Shown here: positions 25,437-39,720 of the stretch, in pieces
Position numbering within the stretch: the first letter of the stretch is position 1
Layout: the number at the start of each line of letters is the position of its first letter
Source of the DNA: Eledone cirrhosa
Lineage: Eukaryota
Assembly (NCBI GenBank): GCA_964016885.1
Contig: OZ024741.1
Coordinates: forward strand, 67,022,001-67,086,000
DNA length: 64,000 nt
Direction of reading: 5' to 3'
The notes under the pieces: generated by a model
The model's input: the letters and a program-made list of their open reading frames with translations, nothing else
The model's database searches: none
Told to the model about the DNA's origin: nothing
Made by a program: the position numbers and the translations under genes

Positions 25437-27133
25437 GAAACGCACAGGTACACACAAGCAGACACACACATATATATATATCCACGCACATTTTGTTTCT
25501 CATCTAAAAATAATGAGATTGAATAAAAATCAACAAATTACCTGAGAGCAAATAAACAGTATCATCTGCTTTGCTATTGAAGTTCGATCCTATCTTGAAG
25601 TTCATTGATTTTATTTTCACTCAAATTGATTTTCACAGATATACCAATTCTTACCTACTAGTTAATAATAATATTTTCTAATTTAGACACAAAAGCAGCA
25701 ATTTGAGGGAGGGGAAAACTCGATTAAATGACCACAGAAGGATGAAAGGCAAAGTTAACCTCACCGCCATATGAACTAAAACCTTAAGGGCCCCCACAGC
25801 ATATTCTCACCGATGCTGTCTATATGTTATAACAAGCTTTAGAGATGATTAAAGTCGCGGGGATTAGTTGCCAGAGTTCGACATATGGTTGTGAGGTGGT
25901 GAGTGCGAGCCCCTGACTGGGTGTTGCGATATTTCACGTTACTCTAGTTCACTGAGATAGGGAGAACGAGTTGCGCTGTTAAGTCAATGGAAAAGCCTTG
26001 TCACGCACTGCATTACATTAAATCTTCTTGATAACTAAAGTAAGAATGCACCTGTCGCTGCACAGCCATCTGCACGTTAATTTCACGGGTAGGTCACCCC
26101 TTCCTTTGATCAAACAAAGAACGACGGGGGTCCAACAGCAGTAGTGGAGATGATTGATAACAAGAAAAATGTCACACACATGCATACACAGAGATATATG
26201 AGGTGAGAATACACACAGATATATGATATGAGAACGCAAACATATGCATGCCTGTATGTGTGTGTGAATGAGTGTGTAGACAATTGTTTTCTCTTTCAAA
26301 GTGTTTTTCTGATATCTAATTAGATTCACACTAGATAATGCTTTCTCTGTTGTTTTCTGTTGTTCTGTTCCATGTTTACTGCTCCACCCAACAGCATTTT
26401 TATCTACTTTTCTTCAATTCTCTACATAACTTATTGAATGCAACATGGGCGAATTGTTACGAAGTTTGCTTAGCAATCATTAAGTCTCGGCTTCAATCCC
26501 ATTGCTTGACATCTTGATCACGTGTCATTTACCAAAGTATATAATCAATCCAAACCTTGTCAGTGAAACTGGGTAAACCGAATCCATTTAGAATCCCGTC
26601 GGAAAGACTGTACAATGAACCAGCCTTGTCAAATGCTGTCGTGCCGAATCACCCTCGGAATTACGTTTGTGTACACGTGTCTGCGGAGAGTTAAACTACT
26701 TACACTCTAATTACATGATCGAAAACATAAAACGATCATTGCCGAAACCGATGGAGGTCCATTCTATTTCACATTACTTAACCCTATCGTCTATATTGCA
26801 TAGATATTTTTCTGTATTTTTCTGTTGTATTACATTCTGTTACAGTTCTTGCTATTCTTCCTTCGTTTCTATTTCCCTTTCATCGCATATTCACATTTCT
26901 CTTTACTCATGTTTTTCCTTTTCCTTACTTTATTATCAGTTGCACTGCTGCAAAGCAGATGTGGAATTTATAGATTTTGCTGTTTTCCAAGAAGATTAAA
27001 AGCTATATTGTACGTATATGTTCCGTCGAAAATTATTAAGAGTGGAATTGAGCAAACGTTTTAGAGTCATATATACACATACATGCAAAAAGTGTATGTA
27101 GAAATGTGTTCCTATACACACGCACACACACAC

Positions 27134-27263
<130 letters not shown>

Positions 27264-28029
27264 GTGCGTGTGTGTGTGTTTGTGTGTGTATATAAATATA
27301 CACACAATATATGTAAATGTGTGTATGTATATCATGTATATATATATATATGTATATATACAAACATAAATATAGTTTAACCGATGAAAATGCCTCCATC
27401 GGATAGAATATAAACAAAAGTAACTATTACAAGAGAGCTTCACTTGCATTTAATCCCTAACTGTAATTTCTGGAATTTAAGAACAATATCAATTATATTA
27501 ATGGATAATTGGAAGAAAATGCCTTCGTCAGAGGGTTATTTTGGAAGTAGATAAATGATATTCAACTTTTAGTAAATGGACCTTATCCTTATCAAACCAG
27601 CGTGGAGTATATAGATATACATGCGTGTAGTTCGACCAACTAAATGCATATCCGTATATCAAGGATAATATGACAAGTTCGTAATGACGCTAGAAATAAC
27701 ACCCATGAAGCCTGTCTACAGCAACTCAACAATTAAAGAGTAGTAAATATCAAACAGAGAAAATGAAAAAAAGTTATTTGTCATTAATGTATTGGTTATC
27801 TCAATGACAAATTAGCTAAAATATCTAAATGTTGTATGACTTAGTTTGGTTTCTATTCTACTCGATGGATACTTCGGCATAAGTTAAACCATGTCTATAT
27901 GTAGGTAGCATGTGATTTGAGGAAGATATCTCTTCTATTTGTTAGCAGTTCAAATGATTATATAGGGTACCCTTCATTTCTGGTGTTTCTGCTTTTTCGC
28001 CTTCTGTTGATATTGTTGTTATTGTTGCT

Positions 28030-28508
28030 GACGACGATTACGATGACGATGGCGATGATGATCACTGATGATGGTGCGTATGGCGACGACAATGAGGACG
28101 ATATGATGATGATGATGATGATGGTGATGATGGTGATGATGGTGATGATGATGATGATGATGATGATGATGGCTATGAGGACCATGGTGACTATGATCAT
28201 GATAATGAGGATGATTATAATGGTGATGATGACGATGATGATGTTGATGATGATGCAGGTGATAATGATAATGATGACGACGACGACGTTGGTGACAATG
28301 ATGATGATGATGATAATGACATTGATGATCATATTTGTGATAATGATAATGATGACGATGACGATGACGACGACGATGATGATGATGATGTTGTTGAAGA
28401 TGAGACGATGATGATTTTTTTTACTTCTGTTTCTGCTCTAATTATTTTATAAATTCATGATTAAAAAAGAACAAAAAAAAAAACGTTAGCAGCTACAACA
28501 TCATCATC

Positions 28509-28542
<34 letters not shown>

Positions 28543-28614
28543 GCAACAGCAACAACAACAAAACAACAAAACAACAACAACAACAACAACAACAACATAA
28601 ACAGCAACAGCAAT

Positions 28615-28702
<88 letters not shown>
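28030..28702. repeat. (GAT)n-rich tract followed by a (CAA)n/(CGA)n tract
   Basis: Directly visible. Explains the poly-M/I/L/C ORFs. Confidence 0.9.
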
Positions 28703-28703
<1 letters not shown>

Positions 28704-28769
28704 AAAAAGAGTTGTGCTTGTTTTGTTACCGTATTACCTAATATGGATTTTACAGATTTTCGCAGGTAA

Positions 28770-29165
28770 ATAATTGTTTCTACTTTTGGCACAAGGCCAG
28801 CAATTATTCCAGTACATTACTGGTACTTTATTTTATCGACCCAGTAAGGATGAAAGGCAAAGTTAACCTCGGCGGGATTTGAACTCAGAATGGCCAGGGC
28901 CCTAACTCTATGCGCCAAAGCATGGTGTTCGACCCTCTACCGATACTGCTAATCCACCGCCATTTCGCAGATAATTAATTGTTTCTACTTTTGGCACAAG
29001 GCCATTAATTATCCCAGTATATTCCTGGTACTTTATTTTATCGACCCCGTAAGGATGAAAGCAAAGTTAACCTTGGCGGGATTTGAACTCAGAACGTGAA
29101 GGGACGTAACTCTGCTGTAAAGCATGGCGTCCGACCCGCTACCGTTACTGTCAATCCACCGCCAT
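28770..29165 (-). mobile_element. Two tandem SINEs bounded by three copies of TTTCGCAG(A/G)TAA(A/T)TAAT
   Basis: Full-length copies at about 28773-28960 and 28979-29164. Confidence 0.88.
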
Positions 29166-29359
29166 TTTCGCAGATAATTAATGATGATAAAATATTCAAA
29201 GAAAATTTCAGGAAAAGTACATAGTAATGTAGACCTGTTTTGAGGGTGTTTTATTGTTTTTGGTTTTTGGTGACGGTTGTTTCTGGAAGTTTTTGTTGCA
29301 TGTCATTACCATTCGCTGACACAAACCTCCTTACTACTGCATTGTAGTAATAATAACGA

Positions 29360-29882
29360 CAATGACAATGATGATGATGATGGGGATGATGGTGGTGGTG
29401 GTGGTGGTGGTGATGGTGATGATGGTGGTGATGGTGGTGATGATGGTGGTGATGGTGGTGATGATGGTGGTGGCGGGCGATGGTGATGATGATGTAGTGA
29501 TGAGGATCGTGATGATGGTGATAATGATGATGATGATGGTGATGATGATGACGATGATAATGATGATGGTGATGGTGATGGTGATGGTGATGGTGATGAT
29601 GATGGTGATGATGATGGTGATGATGATGGTAATGATGATGGTGATGGTGATGATGGGGATGATGATGCTAATGATGATGATGGTGATTATGATGATGGTG
29701 ATGGTGATGGTGATGATGGTGATGATGGTGATGATGATGGTGATGATGATGGAGATGGTGATGATGGGGATGATGATGCTAATGATGATGATGGTGATTA
29801 TGATGATGACAATGATGAAGATAATGATGATGATGACAATGATGATGATGATGATTGTGATGATGGCGATGATGATGATGGT
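29360..29882. repeat. (GAT/GGT)n trinucleotide tract
   Basis: Directly visible. Confidence 0.9.
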
Positions 29883-30046
29883 GTTCTAAATGTTGTTTTT
29901 TTTAAAAACATCATTGACGTCACTAATCAATGACTGTATTGTTTTGTATTGTTTTGATTTTTATAAAGTTGCTGATCTTGTGACGACTCACATATCAATA
30001 GATATTACTGTTGCTGTTCACCTTTATTACTATCATTATTATTATT

Positions 30047-31105
30047 GGAGGGCGGTGAGTTGGCAGTATTGGTAGAGGGTCGGACAACATGCTTTGTAGC
30101 ACAGAGTTACGCCCCTTTATGATCTGAGTTCAATTCCTGCCGAGGTTAACTTTGCTTTTCGTCCTTACGGGGTTGATCAAATAAAGTACCAGTAATGCAC
30201 TGGGTAATTGCTGGCCTTGTGCCAAAAGTAGAAACAATTATTATTACAAGGGCGTTATCGGTTAAGGGTCGGACGCCATGCTTTCCAGCGTAGAGTTACG
30301 CCCCTTTATGAACTGAGTTCAAATCCAGCCGAGGTTAACTTTGCCCTTCATCCTTACGGGGTCGATAAAATAAAGTACCAGTCACGCACTGGGGTCGATT
30401 TAATCGACTTTCCCCTCCCCAAAATTGCTGGCCTTGTGCCTATATAAGAAATGATGGGATTGGTTGAATCGGTAGAGCATAGGACATTATGCGTTGCAGC
30501 ATAGAGTTACGGTCCTTTATGGTCTGAGTTCAAATCCCTCCGAGGCTAACATTGGCTTTCATCCTTACGGGGCCGATAAAATAAAGTACCAGTAATGTAC
30601 TGGGATAATTGCTGGCCTTGTGCCAAAAGTAGAAACAATTATTATTTTAAGGGCGGTGGATTGGCGGAATCGGTAGAGCATCGGACACTATGCTTTGCAG
30701 CATAGAGTTACGGCCCTTTATTATCTGAGCTCAAATTCCGCCGAGGTTAATTTTGCCTTTCATCCTTACGGGGTTGATAAAATAAAGTACCAGTAACACA
30801 CTGGGGTCGATTTAATCGACTTCCCCTCTCCCAAAATTGTTGGCCTTGTGCTTATAGTAGACATTATTATTATTGTTATTAGGGTGTTGGATTGGTAGTA
30901 TCGGTAGAGCGTCGGACAACATGCTTTATGGCATAGAATTACGGTTCTTTACTTTCTAAGTTCAAATCCCGCCGAGGTTAGCTTTGCCTTTCATCCTTAC
31001 GGGGTCGATAAATTAAAGTACCAGTCACGCACTGAGGTTAATTTAATCGACTTTCCCCTCCCTCCAAAATTGCTGACCTTCTGACTAAATCAAAAACCAT
31101 TATTA
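30047..31105 (+). mobile_element. Five head-to-tail tRNA-derived SINEs
   Basis: Units start near 30050, 30250, 30455, 30650 and 30881. Each has the B box GAGTTCAAATCC or a close variant and the shared core, and most have an ATT-rich tail. Confidence 0.92.
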
Positions 31106-31199
31106 TAATTGTTGTAAAGTTTGCCGTTGTCAATGATGTGATATATTTTGTTATTGGTTTTGTTGTACTTATTGCTATTAATGTTTTTTTAATGATGTT

Positions 31200-31700
31200 A
31201 TTATTGATGGTATGCGTATCGTTGATATCAGACGCTCACTGTGGAAGTTTTAATTTAGCAATTTATACAAAATTTCTGGCGAGGAAGTTTGACTACTCTC
31301 TCGAGGAAGCTCTAGGCATCTGCAAGAATGTACTAACTAGTTTCTTCCGAAGGGCTTTCAGCCTGGGGAATTTGGCTATCTTCCAAAAATATTTGGCCTG
31401 CCAGTGCTACTGGCGTGGAGATGGGGGATGGTGTGATATACACTCTACAAAATGGAAATATGTCAGCCTAACAAGTCCGTGATGTGCAATGGGCGACGAA
31501 ACTATTCTGCGAGCCATTGCTGATCTTTAGCATTTTGTCGCAAAAAAATGCCATTTTTAGGACTAATGTGTTGTCGAATAAGTTCACCTTGAAAATCCTC
31601 AAGCCACCTCCATTTAACCGGGAAGCTGGGGGGGGGGTAGTTTTCCTTTGTCTGATGGCTAGTACAAAGGAGTTGTGTGGTGGACAGGGCTGAAAGGAGA
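31200..31700 (-). pseudogene. Highly degenerate RTE-like LINE C-terminal remnant
   Basis: GC-richer block whose minus frames give decayed DQQWLAE..FQGEL..GRKLV-like RTE C-terminal pieces. Confidence 0.4.
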
Positions 31701-33587
31701 GAATGCTCCTTTTTACTCTTTAGTTAAACCCTTACTGATATTCTCAAATTTGTCTTGGAAAGAAAAGTGTAGATTGAGAAGAATGTGTTCTCCTCAGGTA
31801 AATTTGTCAAAGTTTGGGTGAAATTAGTAGAAACTGCAAAAATGAGTAGATATACGGGTTCTACAGAAACCTTTCAAGCTACGATTCTTTGTTAAACCTA
31901 ATACTAGACTAAAATTACGATCTATAGAAAAATATCCAGAGGATGTGGGCATTTTGTTGACGCTTTCCTCGCAAAGAATAATAAATGGACGATTTGGGTA
32001 CATAACATATATTGCCTGTACGAATGGTGGTTCATGAACAGAGACCTGAGGGTTCACTAACCAGTCCCCACCAGTATGTTCTCACCGGTATGTGGATGGA
32101 AACTTCAAATGTTTTCATCTACAAAACTGATTGTTTCCGTTTCCTATTTTCATACATATATTTAAAACGTCTTCTTTAAATAACAGCCATGCTCTCACAT
32201 TTATTTCTGTATAGTTTTGACATATTCTAACCACACATGTGTTCTGCATTTCATATATGTTTGATGATGTTATTAATTGTACTGCGTAGCTAAATAAAGG
32301 AAATTATTATCATTATGTAAAATGAGTAAAAATAATTCAATCTTTATTGGGCGCTAAAACAAGAGACAAAACAAATGGACAAGGACAGTGGAGATTTATA
32401 TATATAACTAAGCATGTAAACAAAAAAAAAAGAGGTAACAAAATAACAATATATTAAAATAATATAATTCTCCAATATGGAGTGCATCATCCAGGGGTAG
32501 TTTAGGATCCACACAAATCCCAAACCACCCTCATCACTAAGAACAAATAAGGAATGTGACACTTTTCATTTCTGAACTCTCCAGCCTACAATCGCATTCT
32601 CAGAATAGGCCCATTATGTCAGGTATCCTCACTACATTTACGCAACATTTAACAATTTTACTGGGACAGTATTTCGTTCTGCATCTTCACCTTCCTGTCC
32701 AAGTGGAACTTGAAAATGTCGATGAGAGCTTGACCAATGAGGAAAGTGTCTGTGTTCATTATTCTCAGTCGCATCCACCATACAACCTCTCCCTTTAAGT
32801 ATAGCTCTGCAGAAAAACGTACACGCTTAAAATCCTCGAATGTCTTCAGCCTTGACTCTTAGTGCAACAGAAAGATGATTGTACAAAATAGTTTCTACGT
32901 CAGTGTGCTGTTCAATTGAAAATACCTGGTATATAATGATGTGTACTTAGGCTATTTTTGGTTTCTGTAAAATTATAGGTTTCTGTATAGTAGGCTTCTT
33001 TTTGTTCATGTTCTTTTGATCATGTTCAGTGCATACATTTTTAATGGTAACTTTTTTGCTCATATACCTGGCATTTTCGTTATCTCTATTACAACATTCT
33101 TTTATTTCTATGGCTTTACAATTTCTCTCTCGGCAATATTTTGAGCGGAAAATATTTATCTGTCCATCACATTGTATATTGAGTGAGCAGACATGAGACA
33201 GACATGACTACGACTCGTAATTTTGCCATTAACACAGCATGGCCAACTGAAAATCATGTGGTAAGTTGTTTCTCTCTGTTTATTAAATTCAGTGATATTA
33301 ACGTTAATTTTTTTGTGCGTGACTCGTTACTTATCTTCCGTAACTGAAATGAAACTACCCTTTTTCTAATGCAAATCTTTAGCCATTCTTGTATTAGTTT
33401 AGTTGCTTTTCTCTCTGTTTAATCTCACTAGGGAAAGATTTATCGCTTCTTTTTCTCATTACTCTTTTGTAGTTCGTCTTTCATTTTAATGTATTTTACC
33501 TTTTCAGTTGAGTTTGTTTCCTTATTTAAAACCATTTACTTGGGGCAATTAGTTCCTTGTTACTTTTATTTTTTCATTTATATACAT

Positions 33588-33664
<77 letters not shown>

Positions 33665-34270
33665 TAGATATGTATATATATATATATAAATATATGCACA
33701 CATACACACATACATATATAAATATATATATATAAATATATAAATACATACACACACACATATATATATATGTATATATATGTATGTATGTATTTGTATA
33801 TATATATATATGTGTTTCTATATATATATATGTTTGTATATATATATATATATATTTAATATATTTAATATATTACATATATATATATATTTGTATATAT
33901 ATTGTTTCTGTACTTTTTACCTTAACTAATCAGCATATCTTGCATACTTCTAAATACTTTTCTTCACGACCAACTGTTGTTATTACCTATTAGCTCCGCC
34001 ATTTTTTAAAGTCTGGATTCTGTGTGCATATAGTTAATTAGTATATCATATCATTATTACTGTATGTTGGATCGGGAACGCAGAGAATTATTTCCTTATT
34101 TTTTGTTCTTGGCTCTGCATATTTCTTAACTTTTCTGTTAAGTCAATCGGATCGTGCTATTTCCAATGTGATGTTAGGTTTCTTTGTCTCCCCTACACGT
34201 TCTTCTTCCCGCTTCCTTTATCTGTCTCTCTGTCTCTCTCCTCTCTCCCTCTACCTCTTTGTGCATATAG

Positions 34271-34331
<61 letters not shown>

Positions 34332-34366
34332 ATACATGTGTGCGTGTGCATAATTATAATCATATA

Positions 34367-34397
<31 letters not shown>

Positions 34398-34417
34398 GTA
34401 TATATATATATATATAT

Positions 34418-34556
34418 AGGAAAAATATGACCCCGACGGCAGAGCTCAAGCCGTTTCGACGGCTATTTTTTTTCCTATTACCCACTCTACTACCCTAACT
34501 ATTGAGTACTCTGGTGCGTTACAGTCCATCTGGTTCCTTACCACAACTCCTTCGTT
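34418..34556. mobile_element. Short PLE-terminus family with 5' inversion (also 41290-41398 and 44672-44898)
   Basis: Shared TTCCTATT(A/T)CCCACTCTACTACCCTAA(G/C)TATTGAGTACT..GGTTCCTTACCACA, embedded in (TA)n in all three cases. Confidence 0.7.
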
Positions 34557-34571
34557 ATATATATATATATA

Positions 34572-35392
34572 AGTGGTTACACAAGAGTTAGTTCACCATA
34601 CCGAGAACAATTGTTTCACCTTAGCGGATCCTCAGCTCTTAATGGACATGGTTATACGGAACAGGAAGGACAACCGTACGAACGCGCATGCGCAGAAACG
34701 ATCACTTCACACGGGCAATACTAAAATGCGTGCAAGAGGTGTAAGGGAGATAACTGCGAAAGTCCGAAGTGTTTCTAGTTGATAAGAAAATTAGGATGTT
34801 GTTGTAATTCAATACGGAGCTTTGTAGTTATGTAAGAGGTGTTTCCAGACGTGTGGACAACGTGTGAAGAATTCATTTCTCGTGTTTAGGCAATCACTAT
34901 TGCGTAATCTCTTTAGAATATTTATTTGTTCATCAATACATAGTCCACACGACGGATTGCCCCTTCTTGGACTTAGTGATGGCTTTCCATTGAATGGAGT
35001 AGTCTATACTTGACGCCTTGAGGGACCATACGTGGCTTGCAAGTTTCGTGGATGAACGTCTGTCCGGGTACCTAAAGGTCGACTGGTGGTTCAGGAAGCG
35101 TTCCTCAAATCGGCCCTCCGCCATAGCCACATAGGATTTGCCCTCCTGTGGTTGATTTGGTCGGTTGGAAGTGACCACAGCTTCATAAACTACAGCGGGT
35201 GTATTGCATTGCTGTAGAAGGGGACAAGCTTCGGGTTTACGGCAAGAGCACCCTGGTGGGGTGTTGCTCTTAGGGCTGTTGGTGATGTGGGCCTTCATGT
35301 TCATAGCGCAGCAGTATCCTAGTTTTACTTTGTGTCGGTTAAAGATGGAGCGGTATTTATGACCTATGTGAAAGTGTCTATGTAAGAGTGCT

Positions 35393-35395
<3 letters not shown>
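34572..35395 (-). mobile_element. 5'-truncated Nematis-like PLE: GIY-YIG fragment plus 3' pLTR
   Basis: HKYRSIFNRHKVKLGYCC, CSCRKPEACPLLQQC, VVYEA..SYVAMAEGRFEERFLNHQSTF, then after a frameshift CGLCIDE..CLNTRNEFFTRCPH. (TA)n on both sides. Confidence 0.9.
34603..34638 (-). ncRNA. Minimal hammerhead ribozyme motif
   Basis: gag CTGAGGA tCC-gctaa-GGt GAAA CAATTG TT ctc, on the same strand as and downstream of the endonuclease. Confidence 0.75.
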
Positions 35396-35424
<29 letters not shown>

Positions 35425-35428
<4 letters not shown>

Positions 35429-35754
35429 GATATTAACAAATGGAAACTATATTTATAAAACCATATTTATTTCATTATACATATTTCAAGGATACCAAGT
35501 TAAATTATGGTATGCCTTCATCAGACAAAATACAATATATACCAGTTTTATAAATAAACATTGACGTACCCTTTCAAAATGCGACCGTTACTTTTGGAAG
35601 ACATCAGGAAATATGTATAATGAAATAAATATGGTTTTATAAATATAGTTTCCATTTATTAATATCGTATATCTACTCCAAATACTTGTCGAGTGCTTTA
35701 TATCAGTTATAAAAATATTTGCTTGTTGTATCCCAACAATTTAAATAGAACTTT

Positions 35755-35757
<3 letters not shown>
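35425..35757. mobile_element. Inverted plus direct pLTR remnant of the 12.5/15.3-kb family
   Basis: 35425-35600 is minus orientation and 35608-35757 is plus orientation. Confidence 0.75.
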
Positions 35758-35815
<58 letters not shown>

Positions 35816-36244
35816 ATGCTTAACTTCAATGACGGTGCTTGTAAATAACATTAACTTTTCTTCCACATTGACTTTTTACGTTCCACATTATGCACGTTTT
35901 TTTTCCTTTTTCTTTTTTCTTTTCACTTCTTAAACCTTGTTTGTATATAACATTATTCTTTCTGTACCTTCTGTTTAACATGTGCGACACCACACTAATA
36001 CATTTCACTATCATTTGATAATGCATATAAATGCAGAAACCGGTAATAGACAATAATTAAATATATAAATAGATAAATAAATGCCATTGTTAAATAATAA
36101 ATAAATCAACTAATACCTTAACACTTCACACAAAGTAAAACATTCCGTTTTAATCATTTTCTAACCCAGTAAAAAGTGAGAGAGAGACACACAAAAAAAG
36201 GAAAAAAAAATTTTTCTTCCTCATAATCTTCTCTTTCTCCCTGT

Positions 36245-36399
<155 letters not shown>

Positions 36400-36732
36400 T
36401 ATACATACATATATATGTGTGTTGGGGTTGACATACATGTCTTTGCGATATGTTGGTTATTTGTGTTGTGATTATTTGGTTGTTTTGTTTAGACTGTTTT
36501 GTTCTGGTTTTATTCGTCTATTAGTTTATGTTGACAGTTCCTTTGTTTCCTTTCTTGTGCGTATTCTGTATAGAAGTGTTTCTGTATAGTACTGCTATTT
36601 TATCTTTGTTTTGAATTTGCACACATTTTAAAAGTAATTGAGTTTTGAATTTGTCACTGATTTTTTTCTCTTCATAATTCGTTCGTCACTTTCACGTTTT
36701 CAATTGATAATCTATTTTCATTCATCATCTCC

Positions 36733-36813
<81 letters not shown>

Positions 36814-36849
36814 TATTATTATTATTATTATTATTATTGTTCTTTGAGT

Positions 36850-37540
36850 CTCAGTCATTGATGTTATTTAACTGGAAAGTTTGTTGAAATGAATATCAAG
36901 CCACTACCTGCAGCCTCAGACATTCAGGACGTATCGGGGGGTTCTTGTTTTTCGCATGCCTTTTGAAGTGTTCCAAAAAACGGGACTGAACTAATCTTCT
37001 TTAACCATCCCTGGAAACTCTTTTAGATAGTACCTAGTGCTCCTATGACAATCGCGACGACCTTCATCTCATGGCAGTTCCAAATCCTTTTTAACTCGTA
37101 CTCTAAATCCTGGTATCGGTTAATTTTCTCCCTCTGCTTTTCTTGTACTCTCGTGTCAAATGGGCAGGCTACATCTACAATCAGGCACGATCTTTTTTCC
37201 TTGTCAAAAACCACCAGGTCAGGGCTATTGTGTTCTAATTTCTTGTCCGTCTGTATCCTAAAATCCCACAGCACCTTCACTTGATCGTTTTCTATCACCG
37301 ACTCTGGCTTATGCTCATACCACTTCTCCGAATGTGCTAAATTGTTTAGTTTGCATAGATGCCAGTAAATCACCCTGCTATCATATCATGTCTCCAGCCT
37401 TTATAGTGGGTCTGGGCTAGGTGTTTACACTCGGATACAATGTGAGCCACAGTCTTCTCTCTCTCTCCACAGATCCTACACAGTTAGCTAGCCTGCTCCT
37501 TGTCAATATGTTGTTTCACCCATTTCGTTCTGAGGGCTTG
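36850..37540 (-). pseudogene. R4/Dong-clade non-LTR retrotransposon C-terminus (zinc knuckle and restriction-like endonuclease)
   Basis: CRICGE..TVAHIVSECKHLAQTHYK, KVLWDFRIQTDKKLEHNSPDLVVFDK..CLIVDVACPFD..EKINRYQDL..VVAIVIGALG. An (ATT)n/(TCA)n tract lies at the 3' side. Confidence 0.88.
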
Positions 37541-37607
37541 CTCTTGCGCAGTTATTAGCATTCCTTCTGTAGCTTTTTAAAGGTCTTCTCTCTTTAACCA
37601 GTTCCAT

Positions 37608-37770
37608 GTCTTCTTCTTCTTCTTCTTCTTCTTCTTCTTCTTCTTCTTCTTCTTCTTCTTCTTCTTCTTCTTCTTCTTCTTCTTCTTCTTCTTCTTCTTC
37701 TTCTTCTTCTTCTTCTTCTTCTTCTTCATCATTATTATTATTATTATTAGTAGTAGTAGTAGTAGTAGTG
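37608..37770. repeat. (TTC)n, (ATT)n and (AGT)n microsatellites
   Basis: Directly visible. Confidence 0.9.
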
Positions 37771-38172
37771 AGCATAGTAATGACGGCATTGGTTACATGC
37801 AGTGTCGTAGTTTCCTCTGTATTTACCTCCTCTTTTCTGTTATTATTACATAATGGGGCTGAAAATCAAGGGCATGTAATCACGTTTCTGATTATATTAT
37901 GGTTTAGCTATAACAGAGACAATTTAGTTAATTGTGTCTTATTCACCCCCAAATATTCTGCAGTTATTTAATGTGTTTTCCTCTATTATGTAGTTTTTGC
38001 GACTTTTGGTAAGGAGGCTTTGATCTTTTACTGCAAATAAGAATCAAATGATTATTGTGAATCTTTCTTGTCGATTTAATCCCTATTCAGCTTTTCGGGT
38101 ATTGGTCATGTAGGGAATTTTCTTGCAATTATTTTAGCAGCGGGAAATTGGTAAAGGGTTGTGGATAGGCAA

Positions 38173-38343
38173 GGGCGGTGGATTGGCAGTGTCGGTAAAG
38201 GGTCGGACGCCATGCTTTGCAGGTCTGAGTTCAAATCCCGCCGAGGTTAACTTTGCCTTTCATTCTTACGGGGTCGATAAAATAAAGTACCAATAATGCT
38301 CTGGGATAATTGCTGGCCTTGTACCAAAAGTAGAAACAATTAT
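38173..38343 (+). mobile_element. SINE, internally deleted
   Basis: GGGCGGTGGATTGGCAGTGTCGGTAAAG..GAGTTCAAATCCCG plus the shared core and tail. Confidence 0.88.
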
Positions 38344-38349
38344 TTTAGC

Positions 38350-39103
38350 ATGACCAGTTTATAGTTAAAGTTTTATGTTTTTAACAATTTCTGCCGTTGG
38401 TTCTCATATTTTTCTCATTTTCTTCATAACTATCTATCAATTCAGCTTTTTGTTTTGTATTTGTTGGCTTCGTTGGAGACAGAAAGCAATTATCAGCTGT
38501 GTACAAGTATCATAGCTATTTGTATTAACTCTCCATCGATCTTCATTAGCTACTTTTGTAGTCCTTCAGTGGATATTTCATAATGGTTTTCCAGTTGCAT
38601 AAGTTATACACCCGACTGTGATGGTAGTATAATCTTTCTACATAAGATTTTGAGTGGTGTATGTTAAATACATTTATTTATGTTTCTTACCTCATTTGTC
38701 TCTTCCTGTTAGTTCGTTTAGTGTCCAGTTAAGAATAATAAAAGTCTAGCTCATTAATGGGACAGCCAAATTATTGAATTGATGCTTTTTACGTTATTCT
38801 TTGCATTGGGCTGTATAGGAATCTAATGTGGCTATAATGTAAGTTTTTAATCTTTTCTTTCATTTGTGTATGTTGTACTCCGTCTAGGTAATTGATTCTT
38901 AAGTACATTTTGTCTGTGTTTGATCTATTTATTTTCTCTCAGTTTCTTTATGTGATTTCAATTAATTTTCCTCTCTTCAGCGTTGCCTTGGCACATTTTT
39001 CTAATCTAAATTTCATATGTATTTCTTTTGTAAGTAAATCCGTATACTGCTAACAGTAATATCTCCAGTTGCCTATCGTCTAAAACGTATACTTTGAGAT
39101 CGT

Positions 39104-39192
<89 letters not shown>

Positions 39193-39291
39193 AGAGATGG
39201 TTGATTTTCTTGCCGGAGCATGTGTATATAAGACCTGTTCTGTTTAGCATCTCAGTTAAATGTACCAACGTTACACATAAGAAGAATGGGG

Positions 39292-39326
<35 letters not shown>

Positions 39327-39720
39327 GAGGAAGAGATAGAGAGAGAGAGAGTCCCTCTAGAATACCCCTCTGTTGAGTGGGAAGTATTTAGTTTTTATAA
39401 CACCCTCTTTATTCACTATCTGCGAAACTGTTTACTGAGTATTCATGATACGGTTCATGTATTATTTTTACTGTTGCTGTTACCGTATTCGTGGCTGGGA
39501 TGTCCAGAATATACGTTTTGTGAATGGTGCCAAATGTAGTCAATCCATTCAACATAAAGAATCTTCCTTCTCTTTCTGTAGTCACAAGTTATGGCACTGT
39601 TGGTCAATAACTGGTATTTACAGCTATATGAGATTTGCAACTACCACATCTGCACATCTAAAAAACATGATTGTATTTCCCAAGTGGCTGGTCAGTTTCT
39701 GTGATATTATTTCATTTAAG
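38350..39720 (-). pseudogene. R4/Dong-clade RT remnant
   Basis: WIDY..PSHE, GDSLSPFFLCV..LTEMLNRTG, INHLLYMDDLKVY, KCAKATLKRGK and KYL..MKEKIK, with many disablements. Confidence 0.8.

Noticed and set aside
27917-29889. Met-rich ORFs resembling reflectin or poly-M proteins
   Set aside because: Pure (GAT)n tracts with no reflectin M/FD(X)5MD motif and no Tyr/Arg content.
30047-31105. tRNA gene cluster
   Set aside because: A and B boxes are present but no cloverleaf was seen. Each unit continues into a SINE core and tail.
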